From positions 7,140 through 71,139 of the forward strand of contig CAZFNL010000137.1 in NCBI GenBank assembly GCA_964520615.1: 64,000 nt of DNA. The letters are read 5' to 3'. The position numbers were made by a program, and so were the translations under genes. This document shows positions 49,517-60,361 of this stretch, piece by piece. The notes beneath the pieces were generated by a model that did not search any database, had not been told where the DNA came from, and saw only the letters and a list, made by a program, of their open reading frames with translations. This stretch comes from an uncultured Gammaproteobacteria bacterium (GTDB taxonomy: Bacteria > Patescibacteriota > Microgenomatia > 2-02-FULL-39-11). Every line of letters starts with the position of its first letter. Positions within the stretch are counted from its first letter, which is position 1.

Positions 49517-50373
49517 TTATATTTTGCTTCACCCGCAAATGATCTGCAAATGCTGACGTAAATTCCGCAATAATACACCAGCGCAAAAATCAGAAACCGT
49601 AATTCACGGTATATTAATATGATAAAAATCCCCCTAATTGATTGGATAATAAAGTTAAAACGTAAAAGGCTTACTATCCGTCGCAGAATATTTCCTGAAA
49701 TAAATTCATTTTTACCTATCCATCTTGCCTGTATATAGACCTCATTAAGTGTTGACGGATTTTTATGATAGCAAACGGCATTTTCTGCTATTCCCGCTTT
49801 ATACCCGAGTTTCCTTGACAGAGTCCAGTCGTCTGTAAAACCGATATTGTCAAACCCACCGGCCCTTTCAAATTCAGACTTTTTCAGAGCTCTGAATACT
49901 GGAGAATTATCGGGATAATCTGAAGGAATTCTCCTACTGTCTCCTATTCCCTGGTTATAATTCCAACATCTTGCCCAGACGTTATCCCAATTTGAAACAT
50001 ACTCCTCTTTGGTAAATGTACCTTTTAATTTTCCCTCATAAATCGGTTTCACAAGATTCTCTATAAATTTTCCGTCGAAGGTCATATCAGCATCAATAAA
50101 AACCAACACTTCACCTGACGCCGCTTTTGCTCCCAAATTGCGAGCTTTGGCCGGACCTTGATGAGTCTGGGAAATGAAGATTATATTTTTAAGTCTGTTT
50201 CCCAGTTTTTGCATCATTTCTTTAGCTTTTTCTAAAGAATTATCATCTGATCCATCATCAACAAGAATCAACTCAATTCTTTTAGAAATGGATTGTTCTG
50301 AGATTGAAAACAAACAATCCGATAAGACACTGCGTTCGTTATAGAAGACTATCACTACAGATATCATTTCCAT
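49513..50373 (-). CDS. GT2 glycosyltransferase
   Basis: VDDGSDD, GPAKARN, FIDAD. Confidence 0.92.
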   Translation of the reverse strand: MEMISVVIVFYNERSVLSDCLFSISEQSISKRIELILVDDGSDDNSLEKAKEMMQKLGNRLKNIIFISQTHQGPAKARNLGAKAASGEVLVFIDADMTFDGKFIENLVKPIYEGKLKGTFTKEEYVSNWDNVWARCWNYNQGIGDSRRIPSDYPDNSPVFRALKKSEFERAGGFDNIGFTDDWTLSRKLGYKAGIAENAVCYHKNPSTLNEVYIQARWIGKNEFISGNILRRIVSLLRFNFIIQSIRGIFIILIYRELRFLIFALVYYCGIYVSICRSFAGEAKYK

Positions 50374-50382
50374 AATTTACAA

Positions 50383-51474
50383 CTAATGAGTAACTTCCTC
50401 AAAAATCTTCAGATATTTCTCAGCTATCTTGTCCCAAGAATATTCTAAAGCCTTCTCTCTTGGTTTATTGCCAAACCGCATGTTTACAGCCTGTTCAAGA
50501 GTCTTTGCATAAGCGAAGCTATCTTCTGGATCACATTGCAATCCAGCATTCCCAATTATCGCCCTTCTATTTATATCATCAGGTCCCACGACCGGCACGT
50601 TGCATGCCATGGCTTCAATATAAACCATTCCGAACGCCTCTGTTGGTCTACTGGCCAAAGTAAACACGTCAGCCGCACGAAAGTAACCTGGCATTTTTTC
50701 ATGGCTTGCTTTTTGAATATGAACAAACCGTTTTCCAAGCACAGTTTGTCCCATCCCGTCGATTTCTCGTAAAAGAGGTCCTTCTCCTATAAGTAAAAGG
50801 CTGCCGTGTTTCATTTCTGCTACAGCCTTAATTACCAAATCCACCTTTTTATATGGTAAGAGCGCGCTTACACACAAAATAACCGGTTTTGGCAAATTTA
50901 TTCCTTCGGGCTTTATCATAGGATTAAACCTATCCGTATCTACACCATTAGGAATAAATTCCATCTTCTTTCTGTCATAAAATGACTGAGCCCAAATAAG
51001 AGTATTGGGAGAAAGTGCAATAAATTTATCAGGTCTGCCAAAAATAAGATTGAATTTGTCATCAGCACCTATTCCGGCATGTCCGCTTATAAGTAATTTA
51101 TATCCTTTAATTAAACGTAATGCTCTACATATTAATACTTGCCATCCTCCGTTTACAGGAATTACCCAATCATAATTTCCCCCTAAAATTAGAGGTATGC
51201 ATTTTATCGTAAAAAGAAGAACAGACAGATGGTAAAATTGATAATAAAGAAATGATTTAATACTGCCAGAAGTAGGTGCATCTTTTCCTTGAGGAATAAT
51301 TTTGGGAACACCGTCAATTTTGATTATTTTATAATCTGCCTCAATTTTTCCAACTCCCGTCTGCACCACATGTACCTCATATTTTTGGGCTAAACGCTTG
51401 GATAATTCCGCAACGAATACTTCTGAACCTCTTTCCACTTCCCCGTTAAATATGTTCAAAAAAACTATCTTCAT
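50383..51474 (-). CDS. GT4 glycosyltransferase
   Basis: RGSEVF, PNGVD, EAFGMVYIEAMAC; ATG 51474 overlaps the upstream stop. Confidence 0.9.
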   Translation of the reverse strand: MKIVFLNIFNGEVERGSEVFVAELSKRLAQKYEVHVVQTGVGKIEADYKIIKIDGVPKIIPQGKDAPTSGSIKSFLYYQFYHLSVLLFTIKCIPLILGGNYDWVIPVNGGWQVLICRALRLIKGYKLLISGHAGIGADDKFNLIFGRPDKFIALSPNTLIWAQSFYDRKKMEFIPNGVDTDRFNPMIKPEGINLPKPVILCVSALLPYKKVDLVIKAVAEMKHGSLLLIGEGPLLREIDGMGQTVLGKRFVHIQKASHEKMPGYFRAADVFTLASRPTEAFGMVYIEAMACNVPVVGPDDINRRAIIGNAGLQCDPEDSFAYAKTLEQAVNMRFGNKPREKALEYSWDKIAEKYLKIFEEVTH

Positions 51475-52301
51475 GCGTTGATACTCCATAACTTTCTCTT
51501 GACCTTCTTTAGGGGTGTCACAAATCCTGCCTGAATTTCAAAATCTATAGCTCTTTTTCCTAAAACATCGGGCACGATTTGAGGATGGTCTTGAAAAAAG
51601 ACATCGGGAATGCTTTCTTTACTTGGAATTTTATTACCCGTTTCTATTTTATATTTACGCCGGTGAAATGTTTCTTTCAGGTTCTTTCCCAAAGAAGATC
51701 TAGAAAGATACATCGCATGAAAAAGATGTTTTCTGGTAAACATGTACTTTGTTTCTTCATGATGGGTTAATTCTACGCCGAAATTATCGTAATAACCCTC
51801 ATATGGATAAGTACCCTCTATATGTAATCCATCTATATTTCTTCTATTTATTAGACGCAAGGCAAAATGACCTCGTCTGCCAAAAAGATTATATTGTCCC
51901 GCCGATTCATCCTGAAAATGATAGATATCTCCCAAAAGGTCATATCGACCCACCGCAATCCCTTCTAATTTCGAGCCATAACTCTCAATAATTTCTATTA
52001 TCTCCTGACAGAGTTCATCCGTATAAATCTCATCACCATCCACCACCCAAATCCATTCTGTTTTGGTTTTCTCAATCTGTTCCTGTCTTATCTTCCCTAT
52101 ATATTTAGGATCATTTACAACTTTTGATTCAAACTTTATCCTCTTATCCCTGAAAGAATTTATGATATCTATTGTCTTATCCTGGGAACCGGTATCACAG
52201 ATTAATATTCTTTCTGCAAGATGAAGTACTGAAGAAAGTGCATACCAGATAAACCTGTCTTCATTTTTCACCACCATATGAATAGTAATATCCGGATTCA
52301 T
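51471..52301 (-). CDS. GT2 glycosyltransferase
   Basis: VKNE, DTGSQDKT, VDGDE. Confidence 0.88.
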   Translation of the reverse strand: MNPDITIHMVVKNEDRFIWYALSSVLHLAERILICDTGSQDKTIDIINSFRDKRIKFESKVVNDPKYIGKIRQEQIEKTKTEWIWVVDGDEIYTDELCQEIIEIIESYGSKLEGIAVGRYDLLGDIYHFQDESAGQYNLFGRRGHFALRLINRRNIDGLHIEGTYPYEGYYDNFGVELTHHEETKYMFTRKHLFHAMYLSRSSLGKNLKETFHRRKYKIETGNKIPSKESIPDVFFQDHPQIVPDVLGKRAIDFEIQAGFVTPLKKVKRKLWSINA

Positions 52302-53608
52302 AGGGAGTTTTTTTTGTTTCCAATTTTTCGGTAGTAATAAAAACTCATTATCGAAGTGAGAAAAAGTGTTATACCAAAAGCTAAAATAAGCGATATGGCC
52401 GGGCCCAACTTTCCGTATCTCGGGATAAACACTAGATTACCCGCAATTACAATAAAAAGCTGCAGGACGCTATTTGCGGTGATGATAAAAGGCTTACGCA
52501 AATAATAAATAGCCAAAGCTACTGAAGGGATTGATCCTACAAAAAACATCATAGCCACAAGTAAAAGCTGTAATACAGTTACGGCCGGCCCTCCCTTATC
52601 CGCGCCAAACAGAGTCACCATAAAAGGTTTGGCAACAATAATAAGGAGAATATTCGTACTCATAATTGCCAGTGTTGCCAATATCACCTTATATATATAT
52701 TTATTTATTGATTTACGATCAGTTGCAGACGAAAGACGAGGAGCAATCACGGTTGAAAAACTGCCCGTTAAAAGAGGGTAGACTGATATTATTCTTGAAG
52801 CCGTGGAATAAATCCCGGCCTGAACCGGACTGGTCATGGCTATAAGCATCAAAACGTCAAGCCGGCTGGCGATTGCAGTCAGGCCGCGCGCAATACCTAT
52901 AAAATAAGAGAATGACACAAATTTCCGCAATTCACCCGGAATTTTCTTAAATTTTAGAAATTCGACATCCACAAAAATAAAAGCTATGATAGCCGTTACC
53001 AAGAGATAAAAAACGTGAATCCATAAGACATTCTGCAGAAATACCATAGAGAAAAGTATCAGACTTACTAGTAACACCACTCTCATAAGACTACTAAAAG
53101 CTGAAAGGAAAGCCACCTGAAGAAACTTTTGTCTAGCTGAGAGTACATAAGTAAAAAATGTACCCATAATATTGAAAAATATCGCCAGAGTCGTAATTTT
53201 CACCAGCAGATCAAGCTTCACACTGTGGAAAAGGATATTGGCAATCGCATAAGAAAAAATAAATAATACCGCCGTGACTACCAAAGCAATAACAGTCTGC
53301 AATATGAAAGCCACTTTAAGAACGCTAAAAAAGCGCTTTTTATCATCTTCTAAAGGTGGCAGGAATGCCGATAAGGTACTGCCGATTCCGGTATCTGAGA
53401 CATCCGTTACCAGCATCATAAAGGAAAGTAGAGCTGAAAAGTAGCCGAAATCCGCCAGACTGACATTCCTGACAAGGGTAACAGTAAAAACAAAGGCCAG
53501 AAATGCCGACAAACCGTTGCCTACAAAAATCATATAAGTATTCATTGCCGTTTTGGACAGAAAAAGAGGAGTCAAGCGTTCTGTGATTATCTTATTAAAA
53601 CTTTTCAT
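52298..53608 (-). CDS. wzx: Wzx/MOP-family oligosaccharide flippase
   Basis: About 12 TM segments, DFGYFS, RLDVLML, AGIYSTA, IPRYGKLGPA. Confidence 0.85.
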   Translation of the reverse strand: MKSFNKIITERLTPLFLSKTAMNTYMIFVGNGLSAFLAFVFTVTLVRNVSLADFGYFSALLSFMMLVTDVSDTGIGSTLSAFLPPLEDDKKRFFSVLKVAFILQTVIALVVTAVLFIFSYAIANILFHSVKLDLLVKITTLAIFFNIMGTFFTYVLSARQKFLQVAFLSAFSSLMRVVLLVSLILFSMVFLQNVLWIHVFYLLVTAIIAFIFVDVEFLKFKKIPGELRKFVSFSYFIGIARGLTAIASRLDVLMLIAMTSPVQAGIYSTASRIISVYPLLTGSFSTVIAPRLSSATDRKSINKYIYKVILATLAIMSTNILLIIVAKPFMVTLFGADKGGPAVTVLQLLLVAMMFFVGSIPSVALAIYYLRKPFIITANSVLQLFIVIAGNLVFIPRYGKLGPAISLILAFGITLFLTSIMSFYYYRKIGNKKNSL

Positions 53609-54834
53609 TGATATTTTTGAAAAACTTTAGCAACTCTGGTGATATCGTCTTCTGACAACGAAGTGCCTGATGGCAGATTGACGCCGTGTGCCGAGAGATA
53701 GATACTTTGAGCAAAATCTCCGAATTGTTTGTAGGGGGGAAGCGTTGAGACTGGATAAAAAAATGGTCTTGTTTCTATATTCTCTTTTTGCAATATATCC
53801 ATCATTTCGTCTCTTGTTTTCTGGTACGGTCTATCGATTAAAACGGAATACATCCAGTAAACGCCTTTCGACCAAGACAGTTTAGGCGCAAGAAATATGC
53901 CTTTTATCCCCTTCAAATATTTCTCATAACAACGAGCAATTTCTCTTTTTTTAGCAATCAGCTTTTCTATCCTTTCAAACTGAGCCATTCCGATTGCCGC
54001 CTGCATATTTGTCATCCGGTAATTAAAACCAATAACGTCATAATAATATCTTTTATCTGGATTTTGTCCGTGATCACGCAGGATTCTCATTTTTTGAGCC
54101 AGTTTTTCATCATCTGTTACCACCATTCCACCCTCTCCTGTAGTTATAATTTTATTTCCGTAAAAGCTGAAACAGCCAACTTTGCCCAGACTTCCAACTT
54201 TTCTCCATTCATAATCCTTAATTCTTAATTCTTGATTCTTGATTCTTAATTTCCCGCCATCAGGCGATATTCTACTGTGTCTGGACATACTTCTTGATTC
54301 ATTATTCATAATTCCTAATTCATGTTTCTTGACTCTCACTTCCGCTCCATGAGCCTCAGCCGCATCTTCGATAATGACTAAATTATTATTTTTGGCAATA
54401 TCAAGCAACCTCCCCATATCGGCCGGCTGGCCGTAAAGATGAACCGGCATTACCACTTTCGTTCTCTTTGTTATGGCTTTCTCTACAGCTGTCGGATTCA
54501 TTCCCCAAGTTTCTCTATCAACATCCACAAAAACCGGTTTTGCTCCGGTATAACGCACCACGTTTGCCGAAGCAACAAATGTCAAATTGGGAACAATGAC
54601 TTCGTCACCCGGTCCTAATCCCAACGCTGAGATGGCCAAATGCAATGCAGTAGTACCGTTTGATGTCGCCACTCCAAATCTAACCCCTATATATTTGGCA
54701 AAATTATATTCAAACTTTTTGATATATTCACCTTTTGAAGAGATCCACGACGAATCAAAACAGTCCAATAAATATTTCCTTTCATTGCCGCCTGTCAAAT
54801 CAGGATAGGAAACAGGAATAAATGGTTTGTTCAT
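53605..54834 (-). CDS. DegT-family sugar aminotransferase (perosamine synthase-like) with ~40-aa repeat-derived insertion
   Basis: WISSKG, SNGTTALH, PVHLYG, EDAAEAHG, FSFYGNKIITTGEGG, NYRMTNMQAA. Confidence 0.93.
   Translation of the reverse strand: MNKPFIPVSYPDLTGGNERKYLLDCFDSSWISSKGEYIKKFEYNFAKYIGVRFGVATSNGTTALHLAISALGLGPGDEVIVPNLTFVASANVVRYTGAKPVFVDVDRETWGMNPTAVEKAITKRTKVVMPVHLYGQPADMGRLLDIAKNNNLVIIEDAAEAHGAEVRVKKHELGIMNNESRSMSRHSRISPDGGKLRIKNQELRIKDYEWRKVGSLGKVGCFSFYGNKIITTGEGGMVVTDDEKLAQKMRILRDHGQNPDKRYYYDVIGFNYRMTNMQAAIGMAQFERIEKLIAKKREIARCYEKYLKGIKGIFLAPKLSWSKGVYWMYSVLIDRPYQKTRDEMMDILQKENIETRPFFYPVSTLPPYKQFGDFAQSIYLSAHGVNLPSGTSLSEDDITRVAKVFQKYQ
54206..54337. repeat. Degenerate heptamer tandem array (consensus RATTCWT, about 14 units) interrupted by a ~35-bp palindromic element, in frame within the CDS
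   Basis: cattcat aatcctt aattctt aattctt gattctt gattctt aatt[tcccgccatcaggcgatattctactgtgtctggac]at acttctt gattcat tattcat aattcct aattcat gtttctt gactctc. Confidence 0.85.
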
Positions 54835-56417
54835 TATTTAGTTCCAAGAACGTAAATTTGCATTGTGCCAAAATTATTTTGAGCTATGATTCTATTCTCC
54901 AAAAGATAACTCAACTTTATATTTTCCCATTTAGAGAGTGTTTTCGCATCTTCCCGTGGATCTATGAGCGACAAAAGCACAGTCAAATTTGTGTTTTTAA
55001 TTCTTCCGGTTGGATAAAGCCAGCCAAAATAACTGTCCATATAGGAACTCACGGGTACACCTGCAAAATGGCCAAAAAGATATCTGTATCCACCAAATCT
55101 CGGACATTCTCCTACCGCTTCAAGAGAATAATTTCCTGCTGTCACATATTTTTTGGCAAAATTTACCGCCCCCATCTTCTCCTCATAAGGGAAACTGAAA
55201 CTAGCCGTAAAAAGTGATACCAGATTAAAAACGGCAAAAATCAGTGAAATCGATATAACCGAAATCCTGCCGTATTGATTTTGAGCTATATGATCAAGGA
55301 TTCTACCCAAAAGTATGGCCAGCCAGGGAAAAACAAATAAAAAGTAATATTCAAAAACTCCCCTGGTATAAAATACTGTAAACAGCAATGACAGGAAAAA
55401 AATAAAAACTATTACTCTGGAACCGGCAGAAAGTTCTACGGGTGGTTCCTTTCTTTTCCTTTTTAACACTTTCTCTACAAAAACATCGGCCCGGTATAAA
55501 TAAACAGTCAGAATCAGAAATAGAACTATAAAACCCAAAAGTATATCATCTTTTTTGTAACCTATGAGGCTAACGCATTGACCCGATTGCAAAGACAAAT
55601 CAGCAGCAAAGGGCAAAAGAACAAACCTGCCGACTGAGGATAAAAATATATTATTTCTTTGCAAAAATGTCTGTGTATTATTGGATTTTGCCGAAATGAC
55701 GGAGAATGCCGCCCTGGTATTGATAAAATTATGCCGAACTTCAAAAAATATTTGGGGCAATTGCAGGAGTATAAAAATCACAAGTGACCAAACAATAAGC
55801 CGCCTTCCCAATAATTTCCTTTTCTTAAATATGACGTAGACGACAAGAGGAAAAAATATAAGAAGAGAGAGATGTATATGAAATGATAAGCCTAGAAGTA
55901 CAGCCAGCCAAATAACAGATTTCTTGCTACTTTGCAAAAGACGAAAAGAAAAGAATCCGATAAGCAAAGAGAAAAGAGGCACAAACATGGGATTCCAGAA
56001 TTGTCTGTCATAAAATGCGGCTAGCATGGAACTCCCGTAAATAAATGACGCAAAAAGTCCGGTTTTCCCGTCATACATTCTTTTCCCCACAATGTAAATA
56101 GTAATTGTAGTTAAAATCCCCAATAACGACGCTGTTATACTCCAACCCAATGGATTGCCTCCTGACAGGAAAAAAGGTATGGCGGCAAAGTAGATAAAAA
56201 ATGGCCCAAGGTAAAGGCCGGTATCTGAGGCATTCACGCCAATCAGTGGAAAATGGTGACCGGTGACAATATTTTGGGATAGAAATGCTTCATATGCTTG
56301 ATCCATCCCGAAAAACTGCCATTGGTATAGATGATAAAATCTGAAAAATATTGCTATGATTAACGCAATTCCTAGCAATATATATTCCTTGTGGGATTTA
56401 TGCGGCTTTTTTATCAT
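54834..56417 (-). CDS. GT-C (GT39/ArnT-like) membrane glycosyltransferase
   Basis: RFYHL..FFGMDQA, FPLIG, YLGPFFIY, RQFWNP; multiple TM segments. Confidence 0.82.
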   Translation of the reverse strand: MIKKPHKSHKEYILLGIALIIAIFFRFYHLYQWQFFGMDQAYEAFLSQNIVTGHHFPLIGVNASDTGLYLGPFFIYFAAIPFFLSGGNPLGWSITASLLGILTTITIYIVGKRMYDGKTGLFASFIYGSSMLAAFYDRQFWNPMFVPLFSLLIGFFSFRLLQSSKKSVIWLAVLLGLSFHIHLSLLIFFPLVVYVIFKKRKLLGRRLIVWSLVIFILLQLPQIFFEVRHNFINTRAAFSVISAKSNNTQTFLQRNNIFLSSVGRFVLLPFAADLSLQSGQCVSLIGYKKDDILLGFIVLFLILTVYLYRADVFVEKVLKRKRKEPPVELSAGSRVIVFIFFLSLLFTVFYTRGVFEYYFLFVFPWLAILLGRILDHIAQNQYGRISVISISLIFAVFNLVSLFTASFSFPYEEKMGAVNFAKKYVTAGNYSLEAVGECPRFGGYRYLFGHFAGVPVSSYMDSYFGWLYPTGRIKNTNLTVLLSLIDPREDAKTLSKWENIKLSYLLENRIIAQNNFGTMQIYVLGTK

Positions 56418-58011
56418 TCGAATAACTGTTATATTTTATCAGAAATAATCCCATACAGATAATATATAACCCAAACAAGAAAACAACCCCATTTCCCTTC
56501 AACAGTGCCGGCTTATATTGACTGACCTGAAGAAGAAAAGTTGTAAAATTTGCAAAACTATAGTAGGTTTTCGCCACGGTGTATAAAGCAAATAAGTCAA
56601 GAAGTAGCATCAAATTTACCGCGAGCTTAACCATTTTATTCTGCAAGCTGGTTTTGGATGGAATTAAAGATTTTATTCCAATAAGGATAAATAACATATC
56701 AGAAGATATCAGAGGAAAAAAGTATCTTCCTTGAACACCAAGTTGAAATCCAGAGGTATACCAGGACATCCAATCGTAAGACGAAACTCCCATAAAGAAA
56801 ATAATATTGATAAAAATAAGGAAAAAGATAGCCTGTACTCTTCTTTCCAACCATCCTTTCCCGCGAAAAATAGTAACAAGATAAATCCCAAATCCCAGAA
56901 TTGAAATTGCCGTTAAGATATTTATTATTCTATGAACCACCCTCGGATAAGTGACGCCAAGCCAGTCATAAACTCCCCAATACCAGGGTAAAACCTCTTT
57001 ATAGGTATGAGAAACTGTATATTCGCGGAAAAATTTAACATAACTTGCAGGATTTAACTTCTGTAAAAAAACCAATATTTGTGCCGATATTGAGCTTTTC
57101 ATGTATAAAAATGAAACAATCAGCGCAGCCACCAGTAGAAGAAATGGTCGAACAAAAGACTGATGCCATACCTTTTTCATATCCCTGGCAAAAGCTTCTG
57201 CCAATAAAACAATAACGGCAGGAATCATCACAATAAACTGCGGCTTGGTATATAAGGAAAGAAATACGACTGTCAGAAGAATAATAAGTTTCCTGACGGT
57301 CAATCCATTTATAATAGTCTCGGAAACAAGAAGGATAAAAAAAGTGAAAAGAAAATTACCCAAAGAATCACTGTTAACACCGACATTTGAGAAAACCATC
57401 ATCGGTTGAAATGCGACCAGCGCCGCCAAAGTTATAGCGCTTAATCTATCCTTTGGAAAAAAAAGGGCACCAATCCTATATGTCAGATAAACCGTACTTG
57501 CGAAAATCAAAATTGACCACAGACGTACAGCATAAACCCTGACAAACAAACTATATCCCTGGAAAATTTTATAAACCAAACTTGCAGGAAAGTAATAAAG
57601 TATGGGATAAATGGTAGACTCACGGTGGACAAATGTTGATTGTGCTGAAGTTTTTGCTAAAGATGCTATACTAGCTTCATATTTTCCCTCCAGAGAATTT
57701 GTGAATTCAATTTTGTAATCAGGATGAAAAGTAAAAAGGTTATTTCCTGATTTATCTCTTGCTGTTCCCAAAAGTTTTTCTGATATATTAATTTCCTTAT
57801 TAAGGTTATATTTTTCTGTATAGTTAGGATTTCTTCCTTTTTGCGCAACAAATGCCACCTGCCCAAAATGAGCTTGTTCGTCCGGGAACTGCCAGAGGGG
57901 AACAATTATAATCCAAATTAAGGCATTAAATAATACTGCTGCGAAAAAAACCAGGTTATGTTTGGAATTAATCAAGTTTAACTTTTTGGAAATCTTATTA
58001 AATAATTTCAT
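56398..58011 (-). CDS. DUF2142-like GT-C membrane protein
   Basis: PLWQFPDEQAH, YPILYY, VNSD, QGRYFFP; multiple TM segments. Confidence 0.78.
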   Translation of the reverse strand: MKLFNKISKKLNLINSKHNLVFFAAVLFNALIWIIIVPLWQFPDEQAHFGQVAFVAQKGRNPNYTEKYNLNKEINISEKLLGTARDKSGNNLFTFHPDYKIEFTNSLEGKYEASIASLAKTSAQSTFVHRESTIYPILYYFPASLVYKIFQGYSLFVRVYAVRLWSILIFASTVYLTYRIGALFFPKDRLSAITLAALVAFQPMMVFSNVGVNSDSLGNFLFTFFILLVSETIINGLTVRKLIILLTVVFLSLYTKPQFIVMIPAVIVLLAEAFARDMKKVWHQSFVRPFLLLVAALIVSFLYMKSSISAQILVFLQKLNPASYVKFFREYTVSHTYKEVLPWYWGVYDWLGVTYPRVVHRIINILTAISILGFGIYLVTIFRGKGWLERRVQAIFFLIFINIIFFMGVSSYDWMSWYTSGFQLGVQGRYFFPLISSDMLFILIGIKSLIPSKTSLQNKMVKLAVNLMLLLDLFALYTVAKTYYSFANFTTFLLQVSQYKPALLKGNGVVFLFGLYIICMGLFLIKYNSYSNDKKAA

Positions 58012-60346
58012 ACATATCCCAGTAAATATCGTTTCGGGAACTGATTACTTTTTTCGAATATTCATTATTTCCCAATATATCAAATATTTTTGTCTTATCC
58101 CTCAATTTATCAAATCTTTTTACAGATGTACCATAAGTACTAATTAACACAAATTTGATGCGGTTTTTTTTATAAAAACTGTAAATATCCGAAAAATTTG
58201 ATGATTCGAAAACTGGATAAAAAAGCGATAATCCTCCCCCATATTCCACGTTATAAGTCTGCAAACCGGAATAATAAGAAAGTCCGCTAGGTGTACCAAA
58301 TACAACAATTCTATCTCCTAAGTGAGAATGACTTGCCAAATATGGTACCACTGTTGTACTTTGCCCCCAATAGTCAAACAACATATTTTGTTCCCTTTTA
58401 GTAAAGTTCAGTAGATTTATACCCCCTGATACGGCAATGAATATATAACCATATAATATTAAAATCGCTGCAGGAACTATTTTTTTCAAATAAAGTCTAT
58501 CAGACATAGCACCAATAACTACAACCGTAATCGACAGAAGAAAGGCTAAAATTATCATGAGGGGTATATCGCTTGGTGAAATTGATACGCGTGAGGCTAA
58601 AATATATAATGATCTAAGAACAACTTCTAATATGTCGTTTGGGATTTTAATTAAATCTGAAAAATGAGATTTCACCTCAGGAACCAATGCTTCACCGATT
58701 TGAAAATTAACGCCGTATTTTTGCACGGAATACCTTAATGTATTGTTTCCAATAGAATATGACCAGAAATTCCACAAAAGAAATTTGGATGAAAGAAAGT
58801 GAAAAAATACTCCTGCATATACTATATTTTCCACCATTTTTCTCCTGACAGACAATTTTTTTAGACCGTCTAATATCAACACTGCCAGAAAAGGAATTAC
58901 AGGTAGAAGCCACTTGGTATCAGCAGCACCTAAAAAAAGCACCCACCAGCTGTACCAGACAAAAAAAATATATACTGGGAGAAATTTAATTCCTCGGGAA
59001 AATCCTTTTAACACTCCTGTAATCTTCGGCAATAACCAAAAGACTGCTAGAGAAGAACCGAATATAAACGTAAGCGTCTCAAATGGAATACCTCCTTTTC
59101 CCACAACACCAATTGAACTGCCAATACTGGAAGCCCAATTATAACTTAATTTTTGTGAGGTAAAATTTCCAAAAAATAAATAATTTCGCAAAATAAAAAT
59201 AAACCCGGAAAGTGAAATCATCGCGGAAGCAACTAACTTGTAAAAATCTTTTTTATCGCTGTATATATTTATCCTCACTGACCAGAAAGCCATAAACAGC
59301 AAAACGGCAAAAAATATTCCAAAGGCAAAGCCCTGCGGTACAGTGTAAGGTTCTCCCTTAAAAAATATTTTGAGAAGAAATGGAACAAAAGGAACAGATA
59401 AATACAGAATTTTCCCCTTCCCTCTAAAGTATCTGAAGACGCCTAACCCAAAAACCAAGGCATAGAGGAATATCGCCTGGTATTTGATAAGAAGAGATGC
59501 TCCAAGAGATAAACCCAATAGTGCATATATTATCCATGAATATTTTTTCCTATGAGAAGAAATTAATTTCAACATAAACCAGAAACAGAACAAAGATAAA
59601 AAGGCAAAAATAAAATCGGGATAGAAACCGGCTTCAAATATAAATCCTTCCAGAAAAGGAATGACCAGTATAATTAGGACCCCTAAAAGTGAATATTCAC
59701 TAGGAAAGAAAAGGCTGAATATATAGTAGCTGAATAATAAAATACCTAGAAAGTAGGGAATATTGATAAATCTAAAAACTTCACCAAATATATTCCCTGA
59801 AATTGTATAGTAATAGGCAAAAAACGACGGTCCCCCCACGGGAGGAATTGCAAAAGGACTACCGTCATAATAGTTATATGCCGGAATTTTATCTGCCATG
59901 ACAATTGACCTTGCCAAAGGCAGGTAGCTATCGACAACATCGCTGTCAACTACCGGCCTGAGCGTAAAAATGAGGAGGAAAACCAATATAAAAATACCTA
60001 GAAAAAGGTATGTAACTTTGTTTCCCGAAAGTATTTTCGTCTTATTGTCACAGGTTTTAATACCTTTGCTAATCACGGAAAATAATAAATCCTTAAGCGT
60101 CACAATAGTTAATAAAACCAAAATGGCAAATAGAATCCTGGAGGTTACGATAAATCCTCTTGGAAAAACAATTCCCCAAAAACTTGAGAAAAGAACTGTA
60201 AAAGATGTGGTTGCAACAAGTGATAAACATAGTTTTAACAGAACTGAATATCTCTTTAATCTGGCAACACGGTTTAACACAGGATAAGCACCAAATATAA
60301 ATGACAAGGGAATAATAAACATGAGAATACTTTCCATATCTTTCAT
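57998..60346 (-). CDS. Large multi-TM membrane protein, probable GT-C fold glycosyltransferase
   Basis: DSDVVDSYLPLAR loop, SLLIKYQ, KWLLP, C-terminal soluble domain. Confidence 0.65.
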   Translation of the reverse strand: MKDMESILMFIIPLSFIFGAYPVLNRVARLKRYSVLLKLCLSLVATTSFTVLFSSFWGIVFPRGFIVTSRILFAILVLLTIVTLKDLLFSVISKGIKTCDNKTKILSGNKVTYLFLGIFILVFLLIFTLRPVVDSDVVDSYLPLARSIVMADKIPAYNYYDGSPFAIPPVGGPSFFAYYYTISGNIFGEVFRFINIPYFLGILLFSYYIFSLFFPSEYSLLGVLIILVIPFLEGFIFEAGFYPDFIFAFLSLFCFWFMLKLISSHRKKYSWIIYALLGLSLGASLLIKYQAIFLYALVFGLGVFRYFRGKGKILYLSVPFVPFLLKIFFKGEPYTVPQGFAFGIFFAVLLFMAFWSVRINIYSDKKDFYKLVASAMISLSGFIFILRNYLFFGNFTSQKLSYNWASSIGSSIGVVGKGGIPFETLTFIFGSSLAVFWLLPKITGVLKGFSRGIKFLPVYIFFVWYSWWVLFLGAADTKWLLPVIPFLAVLILDGLKKLSVRRKMVENIVYAGVFFHFLSSKFLLWNFWSYSIGNNTLRYSVQKYGVNFQIGEALVPEVKSHFSDLIKIPNDILEVVLRSLYILASRVSISPSDIPLMIILAFLLSITVVVIGAMSDRLYLKKIVPAAILILYGYIFIAVSGGINLLNFTKREQNMLFDYWGQSTTVVPYLASHSHLGDRIVVFGTPSGLSYYSGLQTYNVEYGGGLSLFYPVFESSNFSDIYSFYKKNRIKFVLISTYGTSVKRFDKLRDKTKIFDILGNNEYSKKVISSRNDIYWDMYEII

Positions 60347-60361
60347 GCTTTGCTCTAACTA

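Noticed and set aside
54206-54337. Intein or intron in the DegT gene
   Set aside because: Too short, with no Cys/Ser...His-Asn intein ends and no group I/II intron motifs; the heptamer array explains it.
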